Origin: Takakia lepidozioides | Taxonomy: Eukaryota > Plantae > Bryophyta | Direction: 5' to 3' | Assembly (NCBI GenBank): GCA_030704615.1 | Contig: CM060732.1 | Coordinates: forward strand, 41,912,001-41,976,000 | DNA length: 64,000 nt | In this document: positions 38,749 through 50,481 of the stretch, one piece after another | Position numbering within the stretch: the stretch's first letter is position 1 | How the letters are laid out: each line of letters opens with the position of its first letter | Program-made: the position numbers and the translations under genes | Notes under the pieces: model-generated | What the model was told of the DNA's origin: nothing | What the model saw: only the letters and a program-made list of their open reading frames with translations | Databases searched by the model: none

Positions 38749-39207
38749 ATGGCGCCTAAGCGCAAGGCCCTTGTTGCACCTGAGCCACCACCTCCTCCAC
38801 CCGAGCATGCAGCTGTAGCCCAAGTTATAAGAGAATGGGCGTTGCAAGAACAACATTGCACTGAGGAGCAGTGTAAGGTAATCTTGGGCTGCCTTTCTCC
38901 TGACTTCCTGTTAAGCTTGCCTCCCCCGCCAGGTGCCGATCGTTGGCCTCGCCACCCTCGCCCTCACAACTTTCGTTTCCTGTTTAGACGTCAAGTTGCT
39001 CTTGTTCTAGGTTGGAGAGAGAGAAGAGAGGAGGGTGACAAGGACGGTTTTAGTGAGGCTGTGAATTCTGTGTTGAGAGAAGATGTCTGGCCCGATGCCA
39101 ACAGTCAGTCGTTTGAAGGTTTTGGCTCGTGCAAAGAGGTATCTTCCTGCAAATGTGACAGCACCTCCCAAGGGTGTCGTCAGGAAAAAAAACTAGTCAT
39201 GGAGTGA
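38749..39207 (+). CDS. piggyBac-borne ORF (MAPKRK...), probable N-terminal part of the transposase with a KolX/P2X7-ballast-like motif
   Basis: ATG at 38749 follows an acceptor at ~38705; NLS-like PKRK; NFRFLFRRQ..LGWRER..AVNSVLR..WPD..FEGF; overlaps the transposase frame across an A8 run. Confidence 0.55.
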   Translation: MAPKRKALVAPEPPPPPPEHAAVAQVIREWALQEQHCTEEQCKVILGCLSPDFLLSLPPPPGADRWPRHPRPHNFRFLFRRQVALVLGWRERREEGDKDGFSEAVNSVLREDVWPDANSQSFEGFGSCKEVSSCKCDSTSQGCRQEKKLVME

Positions 39208-40732
39208 ATTTTGGGATTGGAGGAGAGGCTGGTGGTCTACCGGTGAATGTGGGGTGTGTTGGCGGGTCTCCGAGTCCGGGGAGGATGGTGGACGTGGGTC
39301 GGGTGGCTTTGAAGGAGTTGCATCCCAATAGTGGGGGTGCTGGGGGTACTGTGAATTTTGGGGAGGAGTCTTCTAATGGGAGTTTTGGGCATGATGAGGC
39401 CTCGTCGAACGTGGACGAGGATTTTGACGGTGACAATGGCTACATGGGGGACTCTGCCGATGAATGCGACTGGGAGAATGATGGGGTTGATATGGAGTGC
39501 GATGAGGAGCCAACCGCGGATTTTGTCAAGATGTTCAAGCCTGCGACTTGGGAGTCCAATGTTGGCTCTGAGTTTGCATCTGATAGAGGTGCTTTTACTG
39601 GCCCTGTACCTGGTCCCTGCCTACCAGATATGAAGGGCTCACATCCTGTTTGGTTCTTTCGTTTGTTTTGGAGATAACATGTGCTTGCACGGATATGTAG
39701 GGACTCCAATCGTTATGTATGTGAGGCTTTCGGTACGGGCACTCGTGGGGGGCCTAAGTGGAAAGAGCTCACTGTCCGTGAGTTGAGGGCTTGGATTGGG
39801 TATGAAGAAATTGCCCCGAACTCGCTTGTACTGGCAACACTCAGAGCAATTCTTCTCTTGTCCTGTCATCCTCAAAATGATGACGAGAGATAGGTACGAG
39901 GGCATCCTCCGCTGTTTGCGTCTTGTTGACAGCGCCACTTTGGTGGCGGATCCGAAGAATCGCAATTACGACAAGCTTGGAAAGCTAAGGTGGGTGTGTG
40001 ATGAGATTGTTGATAGGTGTAAAAGCCTCTGGAATCTGAACAAAATGGTGACCGTTGATGAGGTCATGATTCGTTATAAGGGGAGGTACTGTCCAATTAT
40101 GATGTATATGCTTAAGAAACCATGCAGGTGGGGCATAAAGGTGTAGGCCACTGCTGACTCGGAGACTTCATATGTCTACAATTTCTGTTTTTACTCTGGT
40201 AAGAATGCAGGAGGGCCAGATGGCCAGAGGCAGAAGAGTACGATGTTGTTTGCCGACTGACTGAAGGGCTGCATGGTTTGGGCCATGTCATTGTCACTGA
40301 CGCTTCTGTATGACTTGGCGAAGCTTGGCATTTGCAGGGCCACTGGCACAGTCAGATTGAACCGAAAGGGTCTCCCTCCCTCTTTGCTGAAAATGAAGAA
40401 ATCCAAGACTGCCAAGCAAGGGCAGTCATGGTACAGGATGCATGATTCAAGGGAGGTGGCTGCTGTGTTATGGTGGGACAAGAAGGGGGTCTTTTTACTG
40501 TCATCTGCAGCCAGGCCAGCATGCAACCCTTCCTCTCCTGTGACTGTACACCGTTTTGTGGGAAACCAAAGAGTGCCTGTGCCATCCGTGCCTGCTCACG
40601 TGCAATACCAAACATATATGCGAGGAGTAGATATGCAGGACCAGATGAGGGGTGCGTATAGCTTGCAGCTGCGCACAAAAAAGTGGTGGCATCGTGGGGT
40701 TTTTTTTTTCTTGATACCACAGTGGTGAATGC
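39174..40732 (+). pseudogene. piggyBac (PGBD, DDE_Tnp_1_7-type) transposase, disrupted
   Basis: Acidic linker, PVWFFRLFW, MTRDRY..LRLVD, DKLGKLR, VTVDEVMIRYKGR, KKPCRWGIKV, GHVIVTD, ATGTVRLNRKGLP, WWDKKGVFLLSS, YMRGVDMQDQ, KKWWHR..FFLDTTVVNA; stops, small deletions and frameshifts. Confidence 0.92.
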
Positions 40733-41590
40733 TGTCAGGACGAGAACATGACTGAACACAAACAAAAGATAAGACTAGAGATACAAGGCTAGACACGAAG
40801 TCAAGGTCGGCGTGGCCAAATGCACGATGAGTAAATATGAATCAAGAAGATCTTTATAACAATGAACAAGAGTACAAGATATTGGAACACGACTTGAATA
40901 CTGGAATGCTGGAAACTGGACTGGAGTACTAGATACTAAAAACTGGGCTAGAGTACTGGGAACTGGAAACAAGAGTAGCTTGAACTGGTGTTGGCGAGAC
41001 TGAAGAGTGTCCAGTCTCGCCTCCTATATATACTGGCTACTAAGAAACTTCCCCAAGAAACTTTTCCTATGGAGGTTTCTTGCTGGAGAAGTTTACAAGA
41101 TTAAACAAAGATTTCTTGATGGAGAAGCTTCATTAAATAAAAGAGGTATCTTGATGGAGAAGTTTCCTCCAAAGGAAGCTTCCTGAGTAGTTTCCCAAGT
41201 TATTCTTGGTAATTTGGTAAACTCCCGGTAATTTGGTAAGTAATGGTAAATCATGGTAGATCATGGTAAATTATGATAAGTCATGGTAACTTTTGGTAAC
41301 ATAGTAATATGGTAACTTCTGGTATTTACTCCTGGTAAGTTTCTTTGGGCTATATCCGTGACATCACCCCGTCCTCTAACGCCGAGTTCCTCGAGGAGCG
41401 GTAAAATCTTGGACTTGCTTAGAGTTGGAGAAAATCCAAAATCCGACGAATGGTATTTGCCAAGTAGTCGATTCTTCGTTCTTGACTCAAATGATTTATA
41501 GATCCTTATAACCATCGATAGTGTCCAACACCTTGAACTTGGGACCATCCAAGTAAAAAAAGAATGTGAGAAGGAATCCCAGCTCCACAT
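40733..41590 (-). mobile_element. 3' LTR (41363-40733) with PPT and short internal remnant of an LTR retrotransposon, probably Ty3/gypsy
   Basis: Ends TGTCACGGA...TCCTGACA; PPT AGAGGACGGGGTGA (41377-41364) abuts the LTR; TATA at ~41025-41032; TGGTAA array at 41207-41340. Confidence 0.8.
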
Positions 41591-43332
41591 TTTTCTAGTT
41601 TTTTCTTAAAACAGGGGACAGAGACCCTGAAAACGAGGAAAAAATAACCTGGAAAAATAACCATGCAGGATGAGAAAGACTACACTGCCCCGTGTTTTAG
41701 TTTATTTTTGATAAATGACAGAAATAGGGCCCCACATTCAACAGTGGGGTGATTCGCTGGTTGGCCCCAGATTTGGACCGGGCGTGAGGTGGCTGGATAC
41801 TGTCCGGTGATTTTTCTTGTTTGGAATTATCAAACAATGATAAGTTTTTCCCAAATAAAGTTTTTAGTTTTTGTAGGTGAAGGTCAGTTTTTTTCAGAAA
41901 AAGACGACAAGCGACTCCCCAAGGATATTGTCTCGGACGAGGCCTATCTCCCATCCTTACCAACATAGACATGCAACATACTTAAACAGAAATCCCAGCT
42001 TGCAAAATCAGTCCAGATGCTTGAATGCTTCAAACCATTCCCAATTCGTTGCGATCAACAGTGTTCGCTCAAGTATGTAGAAACTGACCAATACAGCCCG
42101 AAGTCTCCTCAAGATCCGCCGAGCGATATGGCTTTACCATGCCTGCTGAAAAGTTATTGCGGTGTTGTTCATCAGTCTGAGCAGGTTTAGTCCGGGGCTA
42201 ACCAAATGTGGGCGTTGTATATCCTGGGTTGGAAATGCAAAGAGAGTTGGATGTCGGAGCGACAAGATGTGAGTTCAGAAGGTCTTCAATCTTGAATAAG
42301 TGTGTGCAGATTTACGGAAGGAATTGACTTGCATGCTGCATCTGTTCGCACACGTAACATTGCAGACATGTTACACACTAGATCATATATACACGAGATC
42401 TGAACAAGTGGGAATTAGTGGTTTGTAGTTTGGAGTGATACTCCGCACCAAGCTGACATCCAAGGCAAACAATAAGGTGAAGCTGCAATTCAGCTCAAGA
42501 TAGACATACGGAGTCCCGCACACCCAGATCATTCAACTCTTCTTTCTGCAGGTGAGTTCATTTTGAAGCGTATTAGATTCAAAAGAGCAAATCTAGCGTA
42601 TTTAATCTAATTATGCGAGCGAGGCCACCTGAAGCACGGAGCCTGTGGACTTCAAGGTAGAGGGAGGTGGGTGCATAGCGTGACATAGTCTCCTGGGAAA
42701 TTTTATAGGTGGTAGCTACCAAATATAATATGGGGACCGCAGCAGAGCACACACCAGCCAGATATCCAAGATTTGAACCCAGACTCACCAGATGGCGTAG
42801 TATGCACGTCGGCCATAGCTTGAGAAGATATTCATTCATGATGTCGTGGCAAGGTAGGCCCCGAGGCACTTTGGTCTCTAAAAAGATAAGGGCTCGTATA
42901 TCTACAAGCGAGAGAGACAGAGAGAGCATGAAAGCAATACCAGTTTCTTCAGGTACAGGCAGTCACGGCCACAGCAGGGGAGATGTCGGGCCTTCAGTCA
43001 AGTATGGACAATGCGAGCCTCAGCGTCGAATCTTTGCACAACAAGGTATGCAGTGTGTTTTTATAACGTCTCGCATCCAAATTTCTCTATAGCCTGCACT
43101 GTGAAGACTCAAGTTTCAAAAGGAATCATGTGCATGTTTTTTCCTCCTGCTATATATGTCCGAAACAATCGGGGTTCAAGTCTAGTCTCTCTTTCAACTT
43201 AAAACAGGTCGGATGTGGTATTAGCCCTCCAGGACCTATACTATGAAACTCTGTGCTGTTTTGATTGTAGCAGAAACATGATACCATGGCTAACAAGTCG
43301 CCATTGAATCGACTGGTCTGCAGCAGGGTGGT

Positions 43333-44868
43333 ATGAGTGAGATTATCAGCAACTACCTCTTTGTACTCACAGTGAGCACTTTTATCCTTGCTACTCTCTT
43401 GCGACTTGTTCTTTCCAAAAATGCCAATAAGAAGAGGCTACCTCCAGGACCGCGCCCCTGGCCAATTGTTGGAAACCTACCAATGTTGGGGAAGGGTCGA
43501 CCTGTGCATCAAATCCTGGAGAGCTTGTCCCAAACGTATGGCCCAGTGTATATTCTTTGGATGGGAGCGATCCCCACAATTGTTGTGACTGGGGAGGAAG
43601 CGGCGCGTGAGGCTCTAGTCACCCAAGCCACTGTTTTTTCCTCCCGTCCACAACCTCCCTCATGGAGATGGTTCTCTGATTACAGGACATCATCAAGCTC
43701 AGTTTATGGGCCATTCTGGCAAAAACTTAGGAAAAATCTTACACACCATGTGCTGAATCCAACAAAGCTGCTGAGCTACAAGCCAATCAGAGATAGCGAG
43801 GTTGAGAAACTTCTTCAAAAATTCAGAGAGGAGGCTAATGGGGCTAAAGCTGTGGTCAGGCCCCTTTCCTTTGTGCGCTTTTCCATGCTCTCCATCTTCT
43901 TGCGTGTATGTTTCGGCAGTGATTTTGAAGCTACTGAGGAAAGAGAGGACATGTTTGTTCAACTGGAGGCACTTCTGGACACATTGTTAAAATTGCTATC
44001 TGTCAACCAAGTGAGTGACTATATCCCCATCTCCCGCAGGTTCCCCTCTTCCAAGGCAAATGACCGCCGTTATGAAGAGGTAAGGCTTCGTGCAATATCC
44101 CTTCTCTTACCAGAAATCCAAAACCGAAGGTCCAAACTACAAGATACTATAGGCAGCCCCTCAGGCAGCTTCCTTGACACCCTTCTTTCCCTTGAGGGAG
44201 AAGACAGTCTCACTGACTTAGAGATATTGTGGAACATGATAGAGGTCCTGGTTGCGGGGGTCGACACCACATCACAGGCTGTGGAATGGGCACTCGCACA
44301 CATGGTGGCATCCCCGCAGGTGCAGGCCAAAGCTTTTGAAGAAATTGAGAGAGTTATGAAAGTTGATGCCTCGAGAGACTATGTGCCCGAGGAAATTTTG
44401 GAGACGCTTCCTTACGTCCAAGCAATATCGAAGGAGAGTCTGAGAATGAATATGCCAGCGGTGCTTGGACTACCACATGCAACAAGCAAGGACTGCAAGC
44501 TGCAAGGATATGATATTCCAGCAAAAACCCAGGTACTCTTCAATTTGGGAGCCCTTGGTAAAGACCCAACACTATGGGCTGACCCACTAACCTTTAGGCC
44601 TGAGAGGTTTCTGGAGACTGAGGCAGCCATAGAACCTGGCCAGCTGAAGTGGGTGCCCTTTGGTGGTGGTCGACGGATTTGCCCAGGAATGCATATTGGA
44701 ACACTTCATTTCCAACTTGTGCTGGCCAACCTGCTCTATTGTTTTCAGTGGGAACCAGCACAACCAGGAGCATTGGTTGACTTCAGTGAGGAATTTGATC
44801 TTGTGCTAAGAATGAAGACCCCTTTGGAAGCATCAATCAGGGTCCGCACAAATAAGCTACACAGTTGA
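43333..44868 (+). CDS. Cytochrome P450, CYP71 clan (CYP77/CYP89-like), intronless CDS
   Basis: 511 aa: N-terminal TM anchor, LPPGPRPWPIVGNL, AGVDTT, KESLR, FRPERF, PFGGGRRICPG heme motif. Confidence 0.97.
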   Translation: MSEIISNYLFVLTVSTFILATLLRLVLSKNANKKRLPPGPRPWPIVGNLPMLGKGRPVHQILESLSQTYGPVYILWMGAIPTIVVTGEEAAREALVTQATVFSSRPQPPSWRWFSDYRTSSSSVYGPFWQKLRKNLTHHVLNPTKLLSYKPIRDSEVEKLLQKFREEANGAKAVVRPLSFVRFSMLSIFLRVCFGSDFEATEEREDMFVQLEALLDTLLKLLSVNQVSDYIPISRRFPSSKANDRRYEEVRLRAISLLLPEIQNRRSKLQDTIGSPSGSFLDTLLSLEGEDSLTDLEILWNMIEVLVAGVDTTSQAVEWALAHMVASPQVQAKAFEEIERVMKVDASRDYVPEEILETLPYVQAISKESLRMNMPAVLGLPHATSKDCKLQGYDIPAKTQVLFNLGALGKDPTLWADPLTFRPERFLETEAAIEPGQLKWVPFGGGRRICPGMHIGTLHFQLVLANLLYCFQWEPAQPGALVDFSEEFDLVLRMKTPLEASIRVRTNKLHS

Positions 44869-47800
44869 GAGTATCCAGAATGTTCCTTGCATAGCTGCCC
44901 TTGTACCTACAGCTTAATGTCAAGAACTAAGGCAAGGTTTCTACCTGTCTTTTTGGTTGTGATTAATTGCCCCATGCACAGTGCAGCTTCTTGACAACTT
45001 TGTCTTGGCCATCTGAACACTACCCGATCTCTCATCTTTTTCTGTGGGTGACCATGTGGGAGATGTATGTTCCCATTCTTGCTTATATCCTGCATGCTGT
45101 ACAAGTCTAGTTCTCTCCCTTTGACTATTTCCAGTAGGAATGAAGAGCTGGTGTTTCTGTGGCAGATTAGCATTTCTACTTATCTTAGAGACCGTCCAGA
45201 GGATGCAAACAATGTATATAAATGTCAAAGCATGTCTATATTTTTAAGAGTGCAGTTGTGGTCCGTGGGTTGTCAATAAGTGATGTGTGGCTGGACAAGA
45301 GTAGTGAGGGAAAAACATGGGCTCTTGCTGAAGCAAGCGCAGCTTATGGTCCCCAAGGTCTACATCCTTCAGATGGGAAGGTGATGACAACACACTTATG
45401 TGGTTGTGAACCCACAACCACCAATGAACCATTAGGCTATTGGATGTTAATAGGTTGAGGACTAGAATTAGTATGATGCACGTAGACCTTGTCTTCATAA
45501 TAAATGCATTGGAAGTTGCAAGGATTGGCAAGAAGTTCAATGATCTATAGACATAGTGTTAAAGTATGGAAGTTCCAAGACCCAGTAATATATGTTTCAG
45601 AATGAGATACTTAAATCATTTGGGTTCCACTCTTGGTGTCAGAATTGACATCAAAGGATCAGCCCTTTTTTTTTTCATTTTGGCAAGGGCGCTCCAGTGG
45701 CGATATATTTTGGGGGGTGAGTGCAGAGGTGGCGACACTTCTTATGTCCACCCAGGTACACATATGACAAATATTGTGCAATATGGCGATTTTTCATAAC
45801 TAAAGAATATTATGCAGGTGACACATGTCAAATTGAGGCAGAAATATTGGGCGAAATTCCCCTTGCTATTGTGGCAAACTGGCTACCATGAAAAACCCAA
45901 ATTCATAGAGCGAAATGGCACCACTCATTCAAATGAAAAAACATAGTGTCAGGCACCATAGCCTAATTTCATACAGCAAACTGGCACTACTACTGTCATA
46001 GGATAGAAAACGAAGGAGGCAGACCTCCCTCAAAAACTATTGTTGAGGTAGTTTTTTTTTAAAAACATAATGGTTTTGAAAATAGATGTTACCTCAACAA
46101 TTGTTTTTGACCTCCCTCAAAAACTACTGTTGAGGTAATTTTCTTATTAAAAAAACATAATGTTTGATATGTGATAAAAGATAGCATATATATTATAATT
46201 TTTCTGCTCTATAGGCATAACAATTATCTAGGGTCGACTGTAACAGCACCCTAATTCCTGGCGACAAGCCTCGGCACCTCGCGATCAAAGCAGGCGACAC
46301 CATCTCCTCGGGCAACGCAGCGTTCGCGACGGCCAGCCCCTCCACCCGCTCTGTCTAGCGATCTGACGGTGGAGGGTGGTGCACATGGCAAAATCTGGCT
46401 GGCCCCCGGCGCGATGGGGCGCCAGCCCTTGGATTTAGGGCGCCGTGCCCCCTTCTCAGGCGAAAACGCAGGGTTCCCTGGTGCTTTTTGGCAAGGGCCC
46501 CGCCTCGTTTGGGCGATAAATTTACATTTTGCCCTCGGAACCGTAAAGGGGTGTCGTGGGCCCTTTTTTTTTTGTGCTATTTTTCTTTTTTTCGCCTAAA
46601 ACGGAGGGGTTGATGGGGATCAATTGCTTATGGAGCATTCATTTCGTTGGCTATGAAAATGCACTCGGTGCATTACACCAACCTTCACCAATAAGGTAAA
46701 CATAGACATTGAACCTGGATTGTAAGGAAGAAGTTGGAGTGCTTGAGAAGGTTTGTCGATCCTCTATTTGCAATACCGATGGCCTTCACAACCAACAACA
46801 TCAATAGTAATAATAATAAAAGACGCCTCCGAGGAAGCCTAATTTATGGTGTCTCTTGACCCCTTTTGTTTGTGCGTTCAACCGTCCGTTGGCCCCTCGA
46901 TGGGCTTTGTGCTGAGCAGTAGGCTTTGTAATTTCATTGGACGTCAAACAAAATTTTATTATTGTCTAGAAGGTGGACACTTTGGTGAATTCAACCCACA
47001 ACCACTTTCGAGGTGGTATGTCCCCATTACCACTAGGCTACAACTTGGGTGTCCATTCACAAATAACTATAATTTTTCAAGTAGCCCATATGGCTTGAAC
47101 CCAAAAGCCTGAGAACATATCTAAGCCTTTTTTACTTGTCTTGAATTGTCTCAATCCATCCCTAAGCGTTGATGGTCTGGTCATCAATTCACATTGTGGA
47201 GGTCAAATGGCAGCTCAAATTATGTATATCCCTTAAATTTGGGTTCATGTACACAGATGTCTAGGGTACATTGCTACACACCCATGTGGGAGGCCTTGGG
47301 ATCAAATCCAAGATCTTAGAGTAAACAACAAGTGAACTTGTCTAGGCTGGACCAAGTGTGCAAGAATCAATACATTGTTGCATAATATATGTTTGCACTC
47401 CTTTGTGATGGTTTTTGGCGTAAGTTGAAGACATAAGAGCCCAATATTTCTTAGCTTCAACTAGCAAGTCAAATAACAATAATGTTAGGAGAGCAAGATA
47501 GATAAACGACCAAGGAATAGCCATGAAAAGATAACCCAGTGACTACTTGATGATATTTTATATTGAAAATTCGTTTCTTTTGGATTTATCATAGTTAAAA
47601 TCCAATGGTTGTTGTTAAAGAATGTGTACTGTAAATATTTTTTTTGTACTTGATTTTGCGTCGAATGCACATGTTGTTGGTAATCTTGTTTTCCCAATGC
47701 TAGTCAAACAGTATTTGCATTGCGGCTGGTAAATGTTGATCATATAACCATTCATTATTATCTAAGAAGATTTGCTCGACGTGTTTGTCAACATAGATGT

Positions 47801-48125
47801 TTTATGTATATATGTGGATTCTGTTTCGGATTTTTCTTTTAAAAAAAATTGATTTTTATGGTGTCAAATGGTGTGGGAGATAATTTCGAATAAAAACTTG
47901 ATTTAGAACTGATTATTTTTCTGGCTGTCCATAATTAGCATTAATTTAAAAAAATTAATGAAGATCGTTAGAGCTGGCGGTCCTAGATTAAATGTTTTCT
48001 TTTATATTATTTTAATAAATCATGATCTATACATCGCAACCCATAAGAGAAAAATTCATCCACACCTGCAATTAGCAAGGTGGAAGCAAGGTGGAAATCA
48101 ATCCACCAATGTGTTTTTATTTCCA

Positions 48126-48590
48126 CTAGGGTAGTATGTGCTGTTGGCCCAAGTATCCAATGTCATCTAAGTCCAAGTGCAATCCCTTATGTATCCAATT
48201 GCATCTCCTATGCCGCGGCCCAAGTGCAACCTCTAGGGTAGCCTGTGCCGTTGGCCCAAGTGTCGAGTATCATCTAAGCCCAAACATAAAATCTTCTATG
48301 TATCCCACTCTGTCTCCTATGGCCACGCCCAAGTGCGACCTCTAGTGTAGCCTATGCCGTTGGCCCATGTGTGAATGAAATCTAAAACCAAATGCAATTT
48401 CTTATTTATCCAAGTGCGTAGCCTATGTGGAGGCCCATCTAAGCCCAAGTGCAATCTTCTATGTATCAAAGTGCATCTTCCATATATAGGCCCAAGTGTC
48501 CAATGTCATCTAAGCCCAAGTGCAATCTCCTATGTATCCAAGAGCATCTCCCATGTGCGTATACTATGTCGAGGCCTATCTAAGCCCATG
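48126..48590. repeat. Degenerate tandem array, ~108-bp unit built from ~20-bp CCAAGTG subrepeats
   Basis: CTAG(G/T)GTAG restarts at ~48126, 48233 and 48342; CCAAGTG(C/T), TATGTATCC and CATCTAAG recur. Confidence 0.8.
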
Positions 48591-49559
48591 GCCAATCATT
48601 AATGTTGTAAATTTATTTCTTTTCATGAATTTGTTTGTTTCCATTTTGTGTCAGTTTTGCCGGGACTTTAAGCTCTACATGATGTGATTGAAGTATATAT
48701 ACATATATGTATTCTTTCCTTATATCTCATCATAAACGTTGACATTAGAGTCAAAGTTCTTTTAACTTGTCCAACATCCGCGAACATTTCTTTGTGCAAA
48801 GTATATATGACCAATTTGTAATGGCATTAACGTATTGTTAGTGGAATAAAAACTATTTTTGGATTTAATCTATAATTTTTTATTCACTTATTCTTTTTTT
48901 ACTCTCATCTCAAGTCCGGAATGAGTTAAAATCGAGTTAATTTGTTCTACTTGATTTTAGATAATTTCATTAGTTGTTTTGCAAGTTGTGATTCTTTATT
49001 CATATCGTGTATTATTATTTTTCATTTTGAGTTGGTACACATTTTAGTTTGTTGAATTTGAATTCAATGTTTGAACATGGCTTTTGTTATTTTTTATTTG
49101 ATACATATTCTTTTCGGAGTGCGGTATCTTTTTAGTTTAAAACATATTTTATCTATCTCTTAGAATCTTTGCAAATCACCTGGTTTCTTTGTTTGACACT
49201 TGCCAAAGTTTGTAAAAACGCATCTTAACTGTCCTAAATCCCCAAATGTTACCAAAGTTTATTTTGTCTCCCTTTAGTAAAATACTCCACTATCATATTT
49301 TGATCTATAAATGGATAAATAAAATAGTATTACAGTGTTAATCTTAGTCAAGTTTGTATCACTATGTTGTTGATTTAGCATCTAACATAGGTACCATTGA
49401 CTCACTCAATATTCACAAAGACTGTGTCAATTGAACTATACCATTCCGGACAAATACTATTCCCAGTTGTTTTGCAGTTCGAAACTGTTGAGACGACAAA
49501 TGAAACTTTGTCCAAAAAAGTTTGACGATAAAAAATAAAAAATAAAAATCATAACTATA

Positions 49560-49701
49560 GTAGTAATTCAATTGGAATGATAGTCCCACCCGGTTGAGTC
49601 TGGGCTCGAATCCTGCTACCTACTTGTGCTGGGCAGTGGCCCACCCTTAGCTCTAAGTCCCAAGTAAGTGTAGTGAGTGGGTGGACCACACTGTTTTTTT
49701 T
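49560..49701 (+). mobile_element. Possible degenerate tRNA-derived SINE
   Basis: B-box-like GGCTCGAATCC at ~49603, weak A box upstream, ends in a T run. Confidence 0.35.
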
Positions 49702-50381
49702 CCCTCATTTCTCCAAAATCACCTCAGGCGATTTTAAAGATCATTAAAGATCCTTAAAGAGATCACCATCCCAAGCGAACAATGGAAGAGAGAAGACTCC
49801 GGCCAAAGCCGGCGTAACTAAGAGCCACTTCACCTTACGGCTATTTCCCCTTTTCAGGGGTGGACCATATAAAGAGAACATGTGTCGAGGGGACACCGGG
49901 TAACAAGGGGAGGTAGTAAATAGGGTAGCGGCGCCTAGGGTACTTGGGATGCCACAAAGGGGTTGGAGTTGTCGCTTATTGGTGGTGTTGATGGCAGTGA
50001 GGGAGCGGAGCGCAGTGAGGTGGATGGCTTTAAAACATTTGTGGATCGAGGAGATGGGGATTTTAAGATTGTCGTGTAGTGTGTTCAATCAGTAGAATTA
50101 AATAATCCTGCTCCGCAAAACAGTTGGCTATAGGCCTACAAAATACATAACTCTCACAAGTCTTTTCACCCGACGTTCATAACTTGGGGAGGGTTGCCTC
50201 TATTGATCTTAAAACAAAATTTGAAGAAGTCCCAATGATGAGAATGAAGCATAAGCTCATGTTGAGATAGCTAGCAATGTTGTGGAGGATCCTTGACCAC
50301 ATTACCGCAATATGGGACAACTTCACTAGTTATCTTGACACACACCCTTTTTTATATCACTTCAGAGTTCAGTGAAAACAC

Positions 50382-50481
50382 GGTTTGTAAATTTAGTTAG
50401 TTGACATCACTTTTAGTACCATGACTTTTGGGGTTTGTAAAGTTAGTTAGTTGACATCACTTTTAGTGCCAAGACTTTTGG
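50382..50481. repeat. 50-bp tandem duplication
   Basis: GGTTTGTAAA(T/G)TTAGTTAGTTGACATCACTTTTAGT(A/G)CCA(T/A)GACTTTTGG twice. Confidence 0.92.

Larger units (their letters stand above)
37824..40732 (+). mobile_element. piggyBac-superfamily DNA transposon; left end intact, right part lost
   Basis: TTAA|CCCCTAATGG left end (TTAA at 37820-37823), subterminal palindrome 37838-37858, transposase remnants; cut by an LTR at 40733. Confidence 0.85.

Noticed and set aside
41207-41340. TGGTAA array, and the 48.1-48.6 kb array, as CRISPR or telomeric repeats
   Set aside because: Eukaryotic context, no unique spacers, no cas genes, not TTTAGGG; this array lies inside an LTR.
41261-41590. Chromodomain upstream of the PPT
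   Set aside because: No chromodomain motif in any frame.
48124-48135. CACTAG as a CACTA transposon end
   Set aside because: It matches the start of the repeat unit (CTCTAGGGTAG in the next copy); no partner end or 3-bp TSD found.
49744-50088. 114-aa minus ORF as a host gene
   Set aside because: No true start or family motif; possibly a LINE ORF2 3' remnant, but too weak to call.
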